DNA from: Hemiscyllium ocellatum
Lineage: Eukaryota
NCBI RefSeq assembly: GCF_020745735.1
Contig: NC_083409.1
Span: 15,285,873 to 15,349,872, forward strand
Length of the DNA: 64,000 nucleotides
Direction of reading: 5' to 3'
Shown: positions 37,157 through 49,135 of the stretch, piece by piece
How the letters are laid out: every line of letters starts with the position of its first letter
How positions within the stretch are numbered: the first letter of the stretch is position 1
The notes under the pieces: generated by a model
The model's input: only the letters and a program-made list of their open reading frames with translations
What the model was told of the DNA's origin: nothing
Database searches by the model: none
Position numbers and translations under genes: made by a program

Positions 37157-37485
37157 TCCGTGACAACTCTCAGCCCAAGCTGACCCTGCTGCCCCCCTCC
37201 CCGGAGCAGGTCAATGCCAAGGGCACTGCCACCCTGGTATGCCTTGCCAATCACTTCTATCCCGATGAGCTGGAGGTGCAGTGGAAGAAGGACGGTGCAG
37301 TCATTTCGGACGGGGTTCAGACCAGCAACTACCTGCGAGCTTCGGACAGCACCTACAGTGTCAGCAGCCTGCTGACCCTCTCTGGGTCTGACTGGGAGTC
37401 CAACGCTCACTTCTCCTGTGCCCTCACCCATGTGACACTCCCCTCTCCCCTCAGCAAGAGCATCAGGAGATCAGAATGTGTGTAG
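37157..37485 (+). CDS. IGKC: Ig kappa constant exon: (I)RDNSQPKLTLLPPSPEQVNAKGTATLVCLANHFYPDELEVQWKKDG...DSTYSVSSLLTLSGSDWESNAHFSCALTHVTLPSPLSKSIRRSECV*
   Basis: Acceptor TTGTCTTTCAG at 37156 and an intact C1-set domain (LVC, FYP, W, YSVSS, FSC..TH). The penultimate Cys fits the H-L disulfide; TAG at 37483-37485. Confidence 0.97.
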
Positions 37486-37976
37486 AGTGTTTGAGACAGT
37501 CCACAGAGGAGACACAACTTTAAATAGAACAGTGCTGAGCTGGCAGGTCAAAGGTCATTTTCAGCACTGAATTTCAACTCTCTTCCTTCTCAGGACTGGC
37601 TTGGAGATACTTCTGAGCTTCAGGGGTTAAGGCTGGTTGTTGGGATAGTGTAGAGAAAACTTTACTCTTTATCTAGTCCCATGCATTCCCTGACCTGGAT
37701 GTGTTTGATGGGGACAGTGCTAAAGACTGTCAGCTGTGCAAAAACAATGTGAACCTCAAAAGTCTCTGTTTCAGTAAAACAGACCTCCTTTCTGCTCAGC
37801 CGCCAGTTCCAATTTAAGGTTTTGTCACTGTTTAAAGGGACAGGATTCTCATGTTATTGAGAAATTCTCCACAAGTGTTTTCCTCAAGCTCCATTGTGGC
37901 TGTGAATTTGAGCAGCTTCCTCTGTCTGGGCTGTTAATTGCTGACTGTTTTCTGTCAATGTCAATCTGGAAAAGGG

Positions 37977-38025
37977 AATAAAGATGAAGAAGATTCAGTC
38001 TCTGTCTCTGTGTGTGCTTTGGGAA
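37977..38025 (+). terminator. Polyadenylation signal of the kappa transcript
   Basis: First AATAAA after the C stop (37977-37982), followed about 18-40 nt later by a GT/T-rich element (TCTCTGTCTCTGTGTGTGCTTTGG). Confidence 0.7.
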
Positions 38026-38306
38026 TGGCCCGAGCTGAAGCCTCAGGGATAGGTGTATGAAGTGAAAAGCTCCACCCCACCCCCAGGTATGGAGCAGGAA
38101 GGGGAGAATAGAGGGGGCAATGGGGAACACAATAATCTGATGGGAATTCCCCTGAACACCAACACATCCTTTCAGCACAGCAAGATCCCGAGCCAAGCAG
38201 TTCAGTTCGCATTTTATTGATCAATTTGACCAGCAGGATCTTACTACCCAGAATAACAATCCCACAGGGTTTGCAAAGTTAATATTCCATACAGCATTTG
38301 ATTTGT

Positions 38307-38415
38307 ATTTGGAGAGAATGTGCAAAATCCACATAGATATTTTCCTGAGGCAGGGATCGAACCCAGGTCCCTGGCACTATGAAGAAGCAGTGCTAACCAC
38401 TGAGCCACCTTGTCA
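38307..38415 (-). mobile_element. SINE 5' (tRNA-head) fragment
   Basis: Reverse complement of GGTGGCTCAGTGGTTAGCACTGCT...GGGTTCGATCCC. Confidence 0.75.
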
Positions 38416-38606
38416 CCCACTATACTAACTTGATCCATCCCTGGTACAAAATATTCTGATGGCAATTCCCCCTCCACACCAACCCATCCATCAGGGACAG
38501 CAAGATCCTGAGCCAAGCAATTCAGATCAGGGTCACTGGGGTCACTCTATTGATCAATATGATCAGCAGAATCTTGGAACTCAAAATAACAATTCCACAG
38601 GGTTTG

Positions 38607-39267
38607 GGTAATAAATATTCCATAAATTAGACCTGGGTTTTCTTTACTTTTCAAATGAGATGGAATTGCCCCGTGTGTCCCTGGGGTCAGATTGAGAATG
38701 TTCAGTCTGGGAGTCATGGCTGGGGGGGGTATAGTCAATGATAAACTGGTTCCACTTTCTGCTGTCATATTCTGTAGCCCCTGGACCATCTCAGTGACAA
38801 CCATCCAGGGCTCAGGGTGGATTCCAGAGCAGCTCATTGTCCTGACTGTTGTGTTCCTCAGTCCACACGTGGCTCCAGCAATCTCACTCCATGGTTCTTG
38901 TATCAGTGGGAACCATGGGGCTGAAATCTTATCCAAACAGAATCTCACACAGCGGGGAGGCTGCTGGTGGATCAGAAACGCCTTGGATTCAGTCCCAGAT
39001 TCCACTGTGGCTCTTTCATCAAACACAGCATTAGCACACTGACACCACATTCAGAGGGCAATCCTGAGATGGGGCAAGTTTGGTTCTTGATTCCAATGTG
39101 AGGAAATGGGGGCTGGGTGTGAAATGTCTAGTCTGAAACTGGTGGGGGTACTTTATAATGAAGAATAGAAACTGATGTCGGAATAAAGTCAGGTGTTGAT
39201 GGGAGTGAGGAATATCTCAGTGATCTGTCTCCAGAATCCACAGCCTACACACATCCTTCTGTCAGAC
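38607..39267 (+). promoter_or_regulatory. Candidate kappa 3' enhancer / highly conserved paralogous tract
   Basis: Near-identical inverted copy at 4990-5655. Motifs: EBF-like TCCCTGGGG 38678, IRF-like TTCCACTTTC 38750, PU.1 cores 38854/39100/39207, CACGTG 38866, RUNX ACCACA 39044, CAGGTG 39190. Confidence 0.4.
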
Positions 39268-41136
39268 ACTGAAGTCTGAGAAAGTAGCTCATCGACATCC
39301 AATATTTTTCCAACCTTCCCAGAAAAGGTGAAATATTCTCTGTCTGAGTGATTCCCTGGGCAGGGCATTTTAAAAAGGGCTGTGGGAAAGGAACCGTTGG
39401 CTCTCAATGACAAAGTCAATGGAAGGATGTGGAGCTGACACTGTGAAACGTAAGGGCGCAGAGGATGACAGCAGAAGCAATTCAATGTTGTCACTCTCTC
39501 CTTTGGTAATAATTAGTTTTCCCTCATAATGTGCTCTCTTGTATTCGATCCACCTGTCTTTATTGCTTTGCTTCTTTTGACTTGAGTCTGTGGGTAGTTC
39601 CATCAAAACCCAATCTCCTCACACTCATCCTGGCCCCTGAAGAGATTGGTTAGAGAAGACTGAATTACAGCAAGTGACACAGATATTTCTTATCTTACCA
39701 CATTGAATCAAACTATTGAGCCCATTAATCTTCAAAACAGATTCCAGCATTAAAGTCACATTTGTTGGTTATAAAAGTAACATATTTCTCAGGCTGAAAG
39801 AAGGAAGCTTCAGACTGAGAAATGATCTAACTTAACCCAGATCCTGAGCATTGGCAAGTGGAACTAGATTGCGTTGGGATATCTGGTCAGCGTGGACAAG
39901 TTGAACCAAAGGTTCTGTCTCTGTGCTGTCTCTATGACTTTAATAGCACGACAGAACAAAGTGATATCAATTAGCACCAGTATAAATACAGGGCAGCCTA
40001 TATCCTGCAGCTGGCACAGAGGGGGATGCTGGGAGGTTTGGTCAATGTGGGAGTTCGGTGAACTGTGGGAAGGAGGTCTACCTTTGCTTTTCCAAACTGG
40101 TTTGGAACTGTCACTTCAGCTGATGGGAGCCTGCACATGCACTTGGTTTGAAAATAGCAAAATAATAAACAAGGGGACAGGAGTCTGTTGACCAGATCAG
40201 CTGGGAAGAGCTTTGTGTAAGGAACCATATCAATAGTATGCTTAGGAAACCTCAAATAGGGAAATCCTAGAAATGAAAAGTACTGAAACATTGATCCAGA
40301 GACTGAGGACAATTACTAGTTCCATGAAAGAATTGATTTCTTTCATTTGTAAGTGGAATCAGCATTTGTTCATTAAACTGAAATGATTCAGGGTAAATAC
40401 ATCTGTAGTGACTGTACAAATCTACAGCAACTCCCACTCAGGGGGTTTGGATTGGAAGCTGAGTTGTAAGAATCCTGATACATCAGGGAGGGTCAGTGCT
40501 ACCTGGAGACTTTGTTCCAGATGGAAGGTGTAAGCCTCAGGACTGGGCAGTCCAATTCCATGTTAGTAAGGGGCAGGAGGGTATGACCCAAGAGGGGGTC
40601 AGATAAGGGTTTGGAGAATACAGTGGGACAGGAAAAACCCCCACTCTTCGAAACTCCAGTGAGATCAAGGCCAGCCTTTCCGATCCTTCCTCACCACACA
40701 GCCCCCTCATACCAGGGATCAGTCGGATAAAACTCCTCTGAAACACTTCCAATGGATTATATTCTTTCTGCAATTAGGAGACCAAAAGTTCATACAAACC
40801 TTGAGATGTCCAGGAAGAACTGAAACATCACATTCTCACTTTCAGATCCCTAATCAAACCTGCTCTTACTGTTCACCAGCCTTGTTACTGTCCATCTCTC
40901 ATTGTCATGGACACAGTGGCGCTGAGCTGCTTTCTCGAACTGTTACAGTCTGTGTGCTGTAGGTAGACCCACAATGTGCGGAGGAAGGGAATTCCATGAG
41001 CCTGACCCAATAACAATGTAGGAACAGCGATATATTTCAATGAGAGGAACTTGCAAAGAGTGGTGTTCCTGTGTATCTGCTACCATGTCCTTCTTGATGG
41101 ACGTGGTCATGGGTTTGGAAGGTGCTCTCTCAGGAT

Positions 41137-42595
41137 CTATGTCTGCTTGTTGTCGGCTACATCAAACAACACCTCACCAGTACATGCACAGGCACCATTC
41201 CCCAAATCATCCACCATTACATCAGCGACTGCATCAGTGCTGCATCCACCACCCAGGCTGAACTGGAGCAGTTCATCGACTTTGCTAACAACCTCCAACC
41301 TGCCCTTTAATTCACATAGTCCATCTTGGACAAATCCTTCTTCTTTCTTGATTGCTCCATTTCCATCTCCGGTGACAGTCTAGGATCAGACATTTACTGT
41401 AAATCCACAGACTCTCACAACGACCTCCTCCCAACCAGTATCCTGCAAGAACACCCTCCCGTTTTCCCAATTCTTCCATCTCCGTCATGTCTGCTCGAAC
41501 GAGGAGACGCTCCACTCCCAAGTGTCCCAGATGTCCACTTATTTTGAACAATGTACTTTTCCCACCTCTGCCATCCAGAAAGCCCTCCACCGCACCTCCT
41601 CCATTCTCTGCTCCCCAAATTTAAACACTCCCCTCCAAAATGCAATAAAGACAGGGTCCCCCTTGTCTTCACCTTACGTCCAATCAATCTCCGCATCCAA
41701 CGTATCATCCTCAAACAATTCTGACAACTCCAGCTCGACCCCACTATCAAGAACATCTTCCCCTCCCCACCCCTCTCTGCCTTCCACAAGGACTGTTCCC
41801 TTTGCCAATCCTTGGTTTTCACCACACTTCACACCTACCCCCTCCTCCCCCAACAAAACCCTGGTACCTTCCCCTGCAACTGTAAAAGATGCAAAACCTG
41901 CCCACACACCAAACCCTGTCATTTCCATCCAGGGCCCCAGTCCTTCCAGGTCAGACAGAGGTTCACCTGCCTCTCCTCCAACCTAGTTTATTGTATCTGG
42001 TGCACCCGTTGTGGTCTTCTCTGCATCGGTGAGACCAAACATAAACTAAGGACATGTTTTGATGAGCATCTCAGCCAGGCTCACAAAGGCTGACCTGGCC
42101 TCCCAGTCACTGCCTATTTCAATTCTCCTTCCTATTCCCTCTCTGACATGACTATCCTCTGCCTCCTCCATTACCATAAGCAATCAGACTGCAAATTGGA
42201 GGAACAAATAATTATCTTTTGCCCGGGGTTGCTTACAACCCAAAGGAATCAACATTGAGTTCTCCAGTTTCAAAAAGTCTCCCTTTTCCAACTTTCGACT
42301 CCCTTTCCAGTCCCCCTCCTCCATTCTATTCCACTTATGGACCCACCCTTCCAGCCATCAAATGGATTCATTCCTCCCATCGACTAAGCACTTCCAACCC
42401 TCTACCTGTGTTCATCCATCAATACCTTCCACTCCACCATTCCCCTCCACCCACGCAAACAACCGATCCCACCTTGATTTGCAGCTCCCCTTACCCCCAC
42501 CTGCAGTTCTGAAGAAGGGTTATACCCGAAATGTTGACTGCTCCACCTCCAGATTCTGCCTGACTTGCTGTGTTCTTCCAGCCTCCTGTAAGCCT
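41137..42595 (+). mobile_element. Penelope-like retroelement (RT C-terminal part + GIY-YIG endonuclease + terminal repeat), degenerate
   Basis: YVCLLVGYIKQ, YISDCI, FLDCSISI, DIYCKSTDSH and RFTCLSSNLVYCIWCTRCGLLCIGETK (GIY-YIG), plus a terminal hammerhead core. Confidence 0.9.
42503..42541 (+). ncRNA. Minimal type I hammerhead ribozyme motif in the Penelope terminal repeat
   Basis: Stem I GCAGTT/GACTGC; core CTGAAGA; stem II GGGT-TAT-ACCC; GAAA; GTT cleavage triplet at 42533-42535. Confidence 0.65.
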
Positions 42596-43454
42596 CCATC
42601 CCAGCCTGGTAACGATCTCGGACACTGGAAGGAAATGCCCAGGGCGCAGGTTAACGTGGTGCAAAAAGCCTTTCAGCTGAAGCTTCAGTGTTTGCCTTCA
42701 GTGTGGATTTTCAGTTACTGATTTACTCCCCTGTTATGTGACAGGAAGAAAGAACACTTGTTGGTGCAGTGTTTTTTTGTAATCGTCCCAGGATATTTAA
42801 AGCTGCCTGCACAGTGCAATCACCTTCACAAGACAAAATGCTGAGATCCCAAAATCAGCAAACGAATGATGAGACAAATCCTTTTGGTGGCATTAGTTGA
42901 ATATTGAGCAGGATGCCTGAGGGAATCTCTTCAGAATGGGATCTTGTCGAGCCCCCTGAGGTGGAGGGATTGGGGTCTGGGTGGTGCTGGTGGGGCTTTA
43001 AATGAACATCCCATACATAATATTGTGTCAGAGTTCACTGCAGTCTCAACCTGGATTCTGTGTTCTCATTTCTGAGGTGGCTTTCAATGCAATGACCATT
43101 TGACTCTGAAGCAGGAGCATTGCCCATGGAGTCACCGTCAGTAACAATGTAAACTGTGTGGCTCTGAAAGGATATCATCTCATTCATCAAATCTGTTTCT
43201 GCCCCTCTGCAGGCTGACCAGGCTGCTGATGCCTTTCCAATACTCCCAGGTTTTCCCATGTGCCACAGCTCATTCTCCTGAAGGATAGTTTACTCAGAGT
43301 CAAAAAGTGTGGTGCTGGAAAAGCACAGCTGGCCAGGCAGTTGTGCTCAGGCCGAGGACATGACCTTGTCCCTCTGTCAGATTCTCTTCGAGAAACTCAT
43401 GGCTCACCACCGCCCTCTCCAGGACAGTTAGGGAAGGGCAACAGCAAGGAGAGA

Positions 43455-43761
43455 GATTAGATTAGATTACTTACAGTGTGGAAACAGGCCCTTCGGCCCA
43501 ACAAGTCCACACCGACCCGCCGAAGCGCAACCCACCCATACCCCTACATTTGTCCCTTACCTAACACTACGGGCAATTTAACACGGCCAATTCACCTGAC
43601 CCGCACATCTTTGGACTGTGGGAGGAAACCGGAGCACCCGGAGGAAACCCACGCAGACACGGGGAGAATGTGCAAACTCCACACAGTCAGTCGCCTGAGG
43701 TGGGAATTGAACCCGGGTCTCAGGCACTGTGAGACAGCAGTGCTAACCACTGTGCCACCGT
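43455..43761 (-). mobile_element. Young HE1-like SINE, present only in Y copy 1
   Basis: (GATTA)n tail at 43455; the equivalent site in Y copy 2 (~58860) is empty. Confidence 0.93.
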
Positions 43762-45805
43762 GGTGGGGACGCGTTGCTCGCGTCGCTGCAAGTGCTGTAC
43801 TCTGCAGTTTGGTGACCCACTTTGATAGCTGTTTGTTCAATCTTTGAGTGCAATTCATTTTTTTGCTGATCCCAGCGTCAATCCAAAGGACTCTCCACCT
43901 TTCAATCTGACAAACCAGGTTCACCCATGTCATGGCTCTGTTTCTGACCGAGAGTCCAGTCTTTCAAAGAGATGAATTCAAGCCTCACCAATTTGATCAT
44001 TTTAATTTTACATCATTTCTCCTGATTTCTCCCGGGATGGGGCGGGCGTTGACGTGTTGGTTATTGGTTGCCTTCCCCTAATTGTCCTGGAGAGGGCGGT
44101 GGTGAGCCATGTAATATCTGGAAAGGAAGGCGCTGGAATTTGTACAAAAAAAGACATGAAATTCAATGTGATGTCCACAAATGTTCTTTTGGCGAGGGAG
44201 CCTGGTCTGTGACTCCTGCCCCACCGTGACATGATCCATTTTTAATGACCCTATGATCTGGCTCAGCAAAGAACTTAGTCCAAGCAACTGGGGGTGGGCA
44301 ATATTTATGAAGCTCACCAATGATGAAGCAGAAATAATAATGAGAAGGAATAATGCAGCTCCTTGCTCTCTGCCTTTTAGCCTCTGAGCCAGCACACTCT
44401 CACCGTTCTGGGTTTCTAATCCTCTAACATTAATTCATTAAAGTGTGGGAATATATGAAGAGGTTTTATTTTGAACTATAAGGTCTCTTTTCTCCGTGAC
44501 TCTCTCCTTTTCAACCCCCTACAATTCTGTCACCAGATGCTTGTGCTGACAGCCTTGTTGTGCAGAGTGAAAGCTCTCGGTGCTCTCTGAGGCCTCACTG
44601 CCTTGTGTCTGTCTCCACTGCAACATAAGACAAATGACGTGTTGCTAAAACCCTGTTGAAATTAAAAGCCAGCAAAGAAAATGACTGCAACAAGAATTGA
44701 GTTGGTCTTGTTCAAAAAAATAATTTTCATTTTAAAATTATATTTTTGTCAGTGAGTGACAAAGGAAAGATGGGGGTCCAGGATTGCTGCAGCCTCTGTC
44801 AGAACATAGGACCTAGGAGCAGGAGCAGGCCTTTTGGGAGCTGCTGTGCCAATGAAGAAGATCACTGCTCATCTGGTTATGGTCTCGCCCGTACGTTCTG
44901 CTTCCCCACCCCCTCCCATTATCCTTAATTGCCTTGTTCATCAAAAAGTCTGTCGACTGTAACCTTGTGCCAACTCCATGAGTGAACCTCCATCCCCATG
45001 TAGAGAAGAAAATTCCACAGACTATCAACCCTCAGCAAGAAAATCCCTCCTTCCCTTTAAACTGGAGACTGGTTTGTGTTAAACCTGCCCTCCAGTCCTC
45101 GTCTGCCCGATAACAGGAACCACCCTCTCAGTGTCCAGCCTGTGATGTCACCTTCAGATCAGAAACTGTTAATGAGAGAGAACAGGTTACATCAGTCAGA
45201 CTTTTCCCCAGAGATGATGAACAGTGTTGATGTAAATTGCTTTCTCCAGTCCGAGTCCAGAACAAGAGGGTTGTTAAAATTGTAATTCAGACGATTTCAG
45301 GAAAATTTCTTTCCGACAGAGTGATGGAAATCTGGAACCCTCAATCCAAAATAAAAAGCTGTTGAGGTTGGGTTTCAATATCCATTTTCTCAGGGCAGTA
45401 CGGTTTACAGGACAAAGGGAGAATGTATTCCAGGTCAGCCATGGCCTGATTAACTGGGGAACTAGGTCAAAGCAACTGATTGGTCATTCCCACTGGAATC
45501 CACTGGAATGACTACTGGTGTGTTTGCGGCTAATGGAAGGAGTCATTACCCATAGTCTTCAGCAGCTGTGCAAGTCCTCCATAGTAACTAGAAAGCAGCT
45601 GTTTCACTGTGCCTGAACAATACAAAGTCAGAGGACTCACTACACCAGGTTCTAGCCCAACTGATTCATTTGAAATCACAAGCTTCTGAAGCGCTGCTCC
45701 TTTATCAGGTGTACCCCAGTCCACCATCGACATTTCCACATTACTGAACAGTCCAAATAAACTGGGGCTCTGTGAGGATCGAACCAGCTGGATCTGTACA
45801 AACGA

Positions 45806-45806
45806 G

Positions 45807-45838
<32 letters not shown>

Positions 45839-45848
45839 GAGAGAGAGA
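45806..45848 (+). repeat. (GA)n microsatellite
   Basis: Near-perfect GA run; the paralogue at ~60864-60946 is roughly twice as long. Confidence 0.95.
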
Positions 45849-46319
45849 ACATCTTTTGAACCAGGATACCTAATTGCACCACAATAAAAATGCTCTGCAT
45901 GCTGTGATATATCAAAAATAAGCACTTTGGTGTAACTTTTGATTGTCCTCACAGTGTGCTATTTTATTCATGATGTGATACACGGAGACTATGTCAACGT
46001 TGGGTGGCAAAAAGTATATTTTCTCCACTAATCCCTTTCCAAAACGCGCTCTCCATCTTGCTTTAATCCTTATTGACTCTTCTACAATTGCCTCTATTTC
46101 CTCACTCCTTTCCGGTCCCAAAGGAACATATGGACAGACTTCATGACCCCACTCTGTCTTAAGTTCCATGTGTAGTGTATTGGAGCTTCGGCTCCTCCCT
46201 CAGGCCCAGGTGTAGGGGCCTGTTCAACAATCTGCACATTGTCCTTTGTCTCTTTCTGAATGAACTGGATCAAGTTGCAGTAACGATCTGGCAACAAGGT
46301 GTCTTGTCTAAAATGTTCC

Positions 46320-47290
46320 CAGCATTGGATACAGAACTGGCTGTGTCAGAGGAGAGAGCATAGTGATGGAAGGATGGATTTCAGAATGGAGGGCTGTGTC
46401 TTGTGGGGTTTTGCAGGGATCAATGATGGGACCTTTGCTGTTCATGGTCTCCATAAGTGATTTGGACGAAAACATGGCTAGTCTAATTCATGAGTTTGTG
46501 GATGCCACAAAGATTGCTGGAGTTGCAGTTAATGATCAGATTATCAGAGGATACAGCAGGACATAGATCAATTGGATGCGTGGATAGAAAATGGCAGATG
46601 AAGTTTAATCCAAATAAATGTGAAATGATGCATTTTGAAAGATGAAGCACGTGGCAGAATACCTGCACAGTGAATGGCAGAATCCATTGGAGTATTGAAA
46701 TGCAGAGGGATCTCGGTGTACATGTTCACAGATCACTGAGAGTGGCAGCACCGAAGGTAGTAAAAAAGGCAATGGCAGGCTTGGCTACATTGGGAGGAGC
46801 ACTGAGTATTAGGATAGACAAGTTATACTGCAGCTTTACTGAACTTTAGTTTGGCCACACTGGGAATATTGCATATGGTTCTGGTCACTATGACCAGAAG
46901 GATGTGGATGCTTTGGAGAGGGTACTGAAAAAATGTACCAAGAATGCTGTCTGATATGAGGGATTTTCCCAGGGTAGAGGGGTCAGTTACTAGGGGACAC
47001 AGGTACAAGGTGTGGGAGGGGATGGGTGGGTGCAGTGGGGAATTAAAACAGATGTGTGAGGTAAGTATTTCACACAAACGGTGGTGAGGGCTGGAACACG
47101 CTGCCAGTGGAAGTGGTGGAAGCAGACACAATAGCAGCATTCAAGAAATACCTGGATGAATACACGGAAAAGAAGGGAATAGAGGGATATGAATCCTGTA
47201 GGTGAATACAGTTTCGGTGAGGAAGGGCAAAATGTGTCAACACAGGCTGGGAGGGCCGAAGGGCCTGTTCCTGTGCTGTATAGTTCCTTG
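46320..47290 (+). mobile_element. Degenerate CR1 3' portion (inverted paralogue of 30-1120; second copy ~61420-62390)
   Basis: WISEWRAVSCGVLQG and EFVDATKI fragments. Confidence 0.82.
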
Positions 47291-47984
47291 TTCTTTGGTC
47301 CCTGCTGTTGAATTGGATTCAAACCAACAATGCAGGAAGACTCATGATGAAGTGGGTGTTTGTTTGATTTCTCACTTGTGTTAATACAGTTTTAAATGTG
47401 TCTGCGTACTTTCCCCTCTCTCTCTGTGGAGGGTGTCACTGTCATTGTCTCCACCCGACCTTTCCACTCTCATAGTGATAGCAGTTTTTGCATTCCTTCT
47501 GTTCGGGGGAGCTGTCATTCCCCCGCCCATATTACAACAATGACTAGACTTTGGAATTTCTCCATTAGCTGTAAAACATCTTTGAACATCCTGAGCTCAT
47601 GAACAGTGTAACAGAAGGGCAATTCTCTCTCCTTTTTGTTTCCTCTCCATGCCTTCCCATCTGTCTCCCCACAACATCCCTCCCTTGTTTAAAATCTGGA
47701 ATGAATTATGAATCTCTGGGAGAATTTAATCTGTGGCAACATTGAGACTAACAACAACCACCTCCTTGGTGGGCTTTGAGTGTGAAGGTCAATAACACTC
47801 TCACTGGGACTTGATCTGGGTTGTCTCCAGTCAGTCAGTGTTATTGTTCTGGGGCCAGACATTACTGACCCACCTTAGACCCTGTGATCTGATTGAGATG
47901 ACGGATGACCTGCACTGGGCTTTAACACACTGTTACCACAGCACAGAGTGAAATCATGTAGCGCTGGTTAGGCAGAATCCCTGG

Positions 47985-49135
47985 AGCAGGAGAGTCGACG
48001 TTTTGAGCATAAGCTCTTCATCAGGAATGGAGAGGAGGGAGTGAGGAGTCAGAGAGATAAATAGGAGGGAATTGGGGCTGGGGAAAATGTAATGAAGATT
48101 GCAATAGGTACGTGGAGGTGGGGGGTGACAGTGATAGGTCAGAGTGAAGGGTGGAGTGGATAGGTGGGAAGGAAGATGGACAGGTAGGACAGTTCAAAAG
48201 GGTGGTGCCGAGTTGGAGGGTTGGATCTGGGATAAGCTGGGGGAGTGGAGATGAGGAAACAAGTAACATCAACATTCAGAGTATTGAATACAGGAGTTGG
48301 GAGGTCATGTTGCGGCTGTACAGGACATTGGTTAGGCTACTGCTGGAATATTGCATGCAATTCTGGTCTCCTTCCTATCGGAAAGATGTTGTGAAACTTG
48401 AAAGGGTTCAGAAAAGATTTACAAGGATGTTGCCAGGGTTGGAAGATCGGAGCTACAGGGAGAGGCTGAACAGACTGGTGCTGTTTTCCCTGGAGCATCA
48501 GAGGCTGAGTGATAACCTGATAGAGTTTTACAAAATTACGAAGGGCATGGATAGGATAAATAGACAACATCTTTTCCCAGTGGTTGGGGAGTCCAGAACT
48601 AGAGGGCATAGGTTTAGGGTGAGAGGAGAAAGATACAAAAGAGACCTAAGGGGCAACTTTTTCACGCAGAGGGTGGTATGTGTATGGAATGAGCTGCCAG
48701 AAGATGTGGTGGAGGCTGGTGCAATTGCAACATTTAAGAGGCATTTGAATGGGTATATGAATAGGAAGGGTTTGGAGGGAGATGGGCTGGGTGCTGGCAG
48801 GTGGGACTAGATTGGGTTGGGATATCTGGTCGGCATGGACGGGTTGGACTGAAGGGTCTATTTCCATGCTGTACATCTCTATGACTCTATGACTCTATAA
48901 CATTCATTCCGTGTCATTGGAGGGTCTCAAGGTGGAAGATGTGGTGTTCTTCCTCCAGTTGTTAGATGGCTTCAATTTGGCGGTGGAGTAGGCCTAGGGA
49001 CTTGCATATCCTTAGCAAGTGGATGGGGAGTTGAAATGGTCGGCCACAGGGTGGTGGGGTTGTTTAGTGTGTGTGTCCTGAAGATATCATCTTCCAATCC
49101 TCCAATGAAGATGCACTGTCCTCACCAAAACATGT
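47985..49135 (-). mobile_element. Penelope-like 3' fragment split by a CR1 insertion
   Basis: Minus strand carries CTGATGAAGAGCTTATGCTCAAAACGTCGAC (decayed hammerhead) and a GIY-YIG-region remnant beyond the CR1. Confidence 0.7.
48279..48898 (+). mobile_element. 5'-truncated CR1 with 8-bp target-site duplication (second copy 63377-63996)
   Basis: Open C-terminal ORF (IEYRSWEVMLRLYRTLVR...RWD), (CTATGACT)n tail, and AACATTCA at 48271-48278 and 48899-48906. Confidence 0.93.

Larger units (their letters stand above)
40435..48902 (+). repeat. Segmental duplication block Y, copy 1 (C 3' flank)
   Basis: Colinear with 54022-64000 (offset 13587 at the start, ~15098 after the 1.5-kb indel). Confidence 0.95.

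Noticed and set aside
43780-44400. Non-TE stretch with short open frames (e.g. WLSKELSPSNWGWAIFMKLTNDEAEIIMRRN)
   Set aside because: No recognisable domain, frames are short and broken by indels between Y1 and Y2, and no consistent splice sites.
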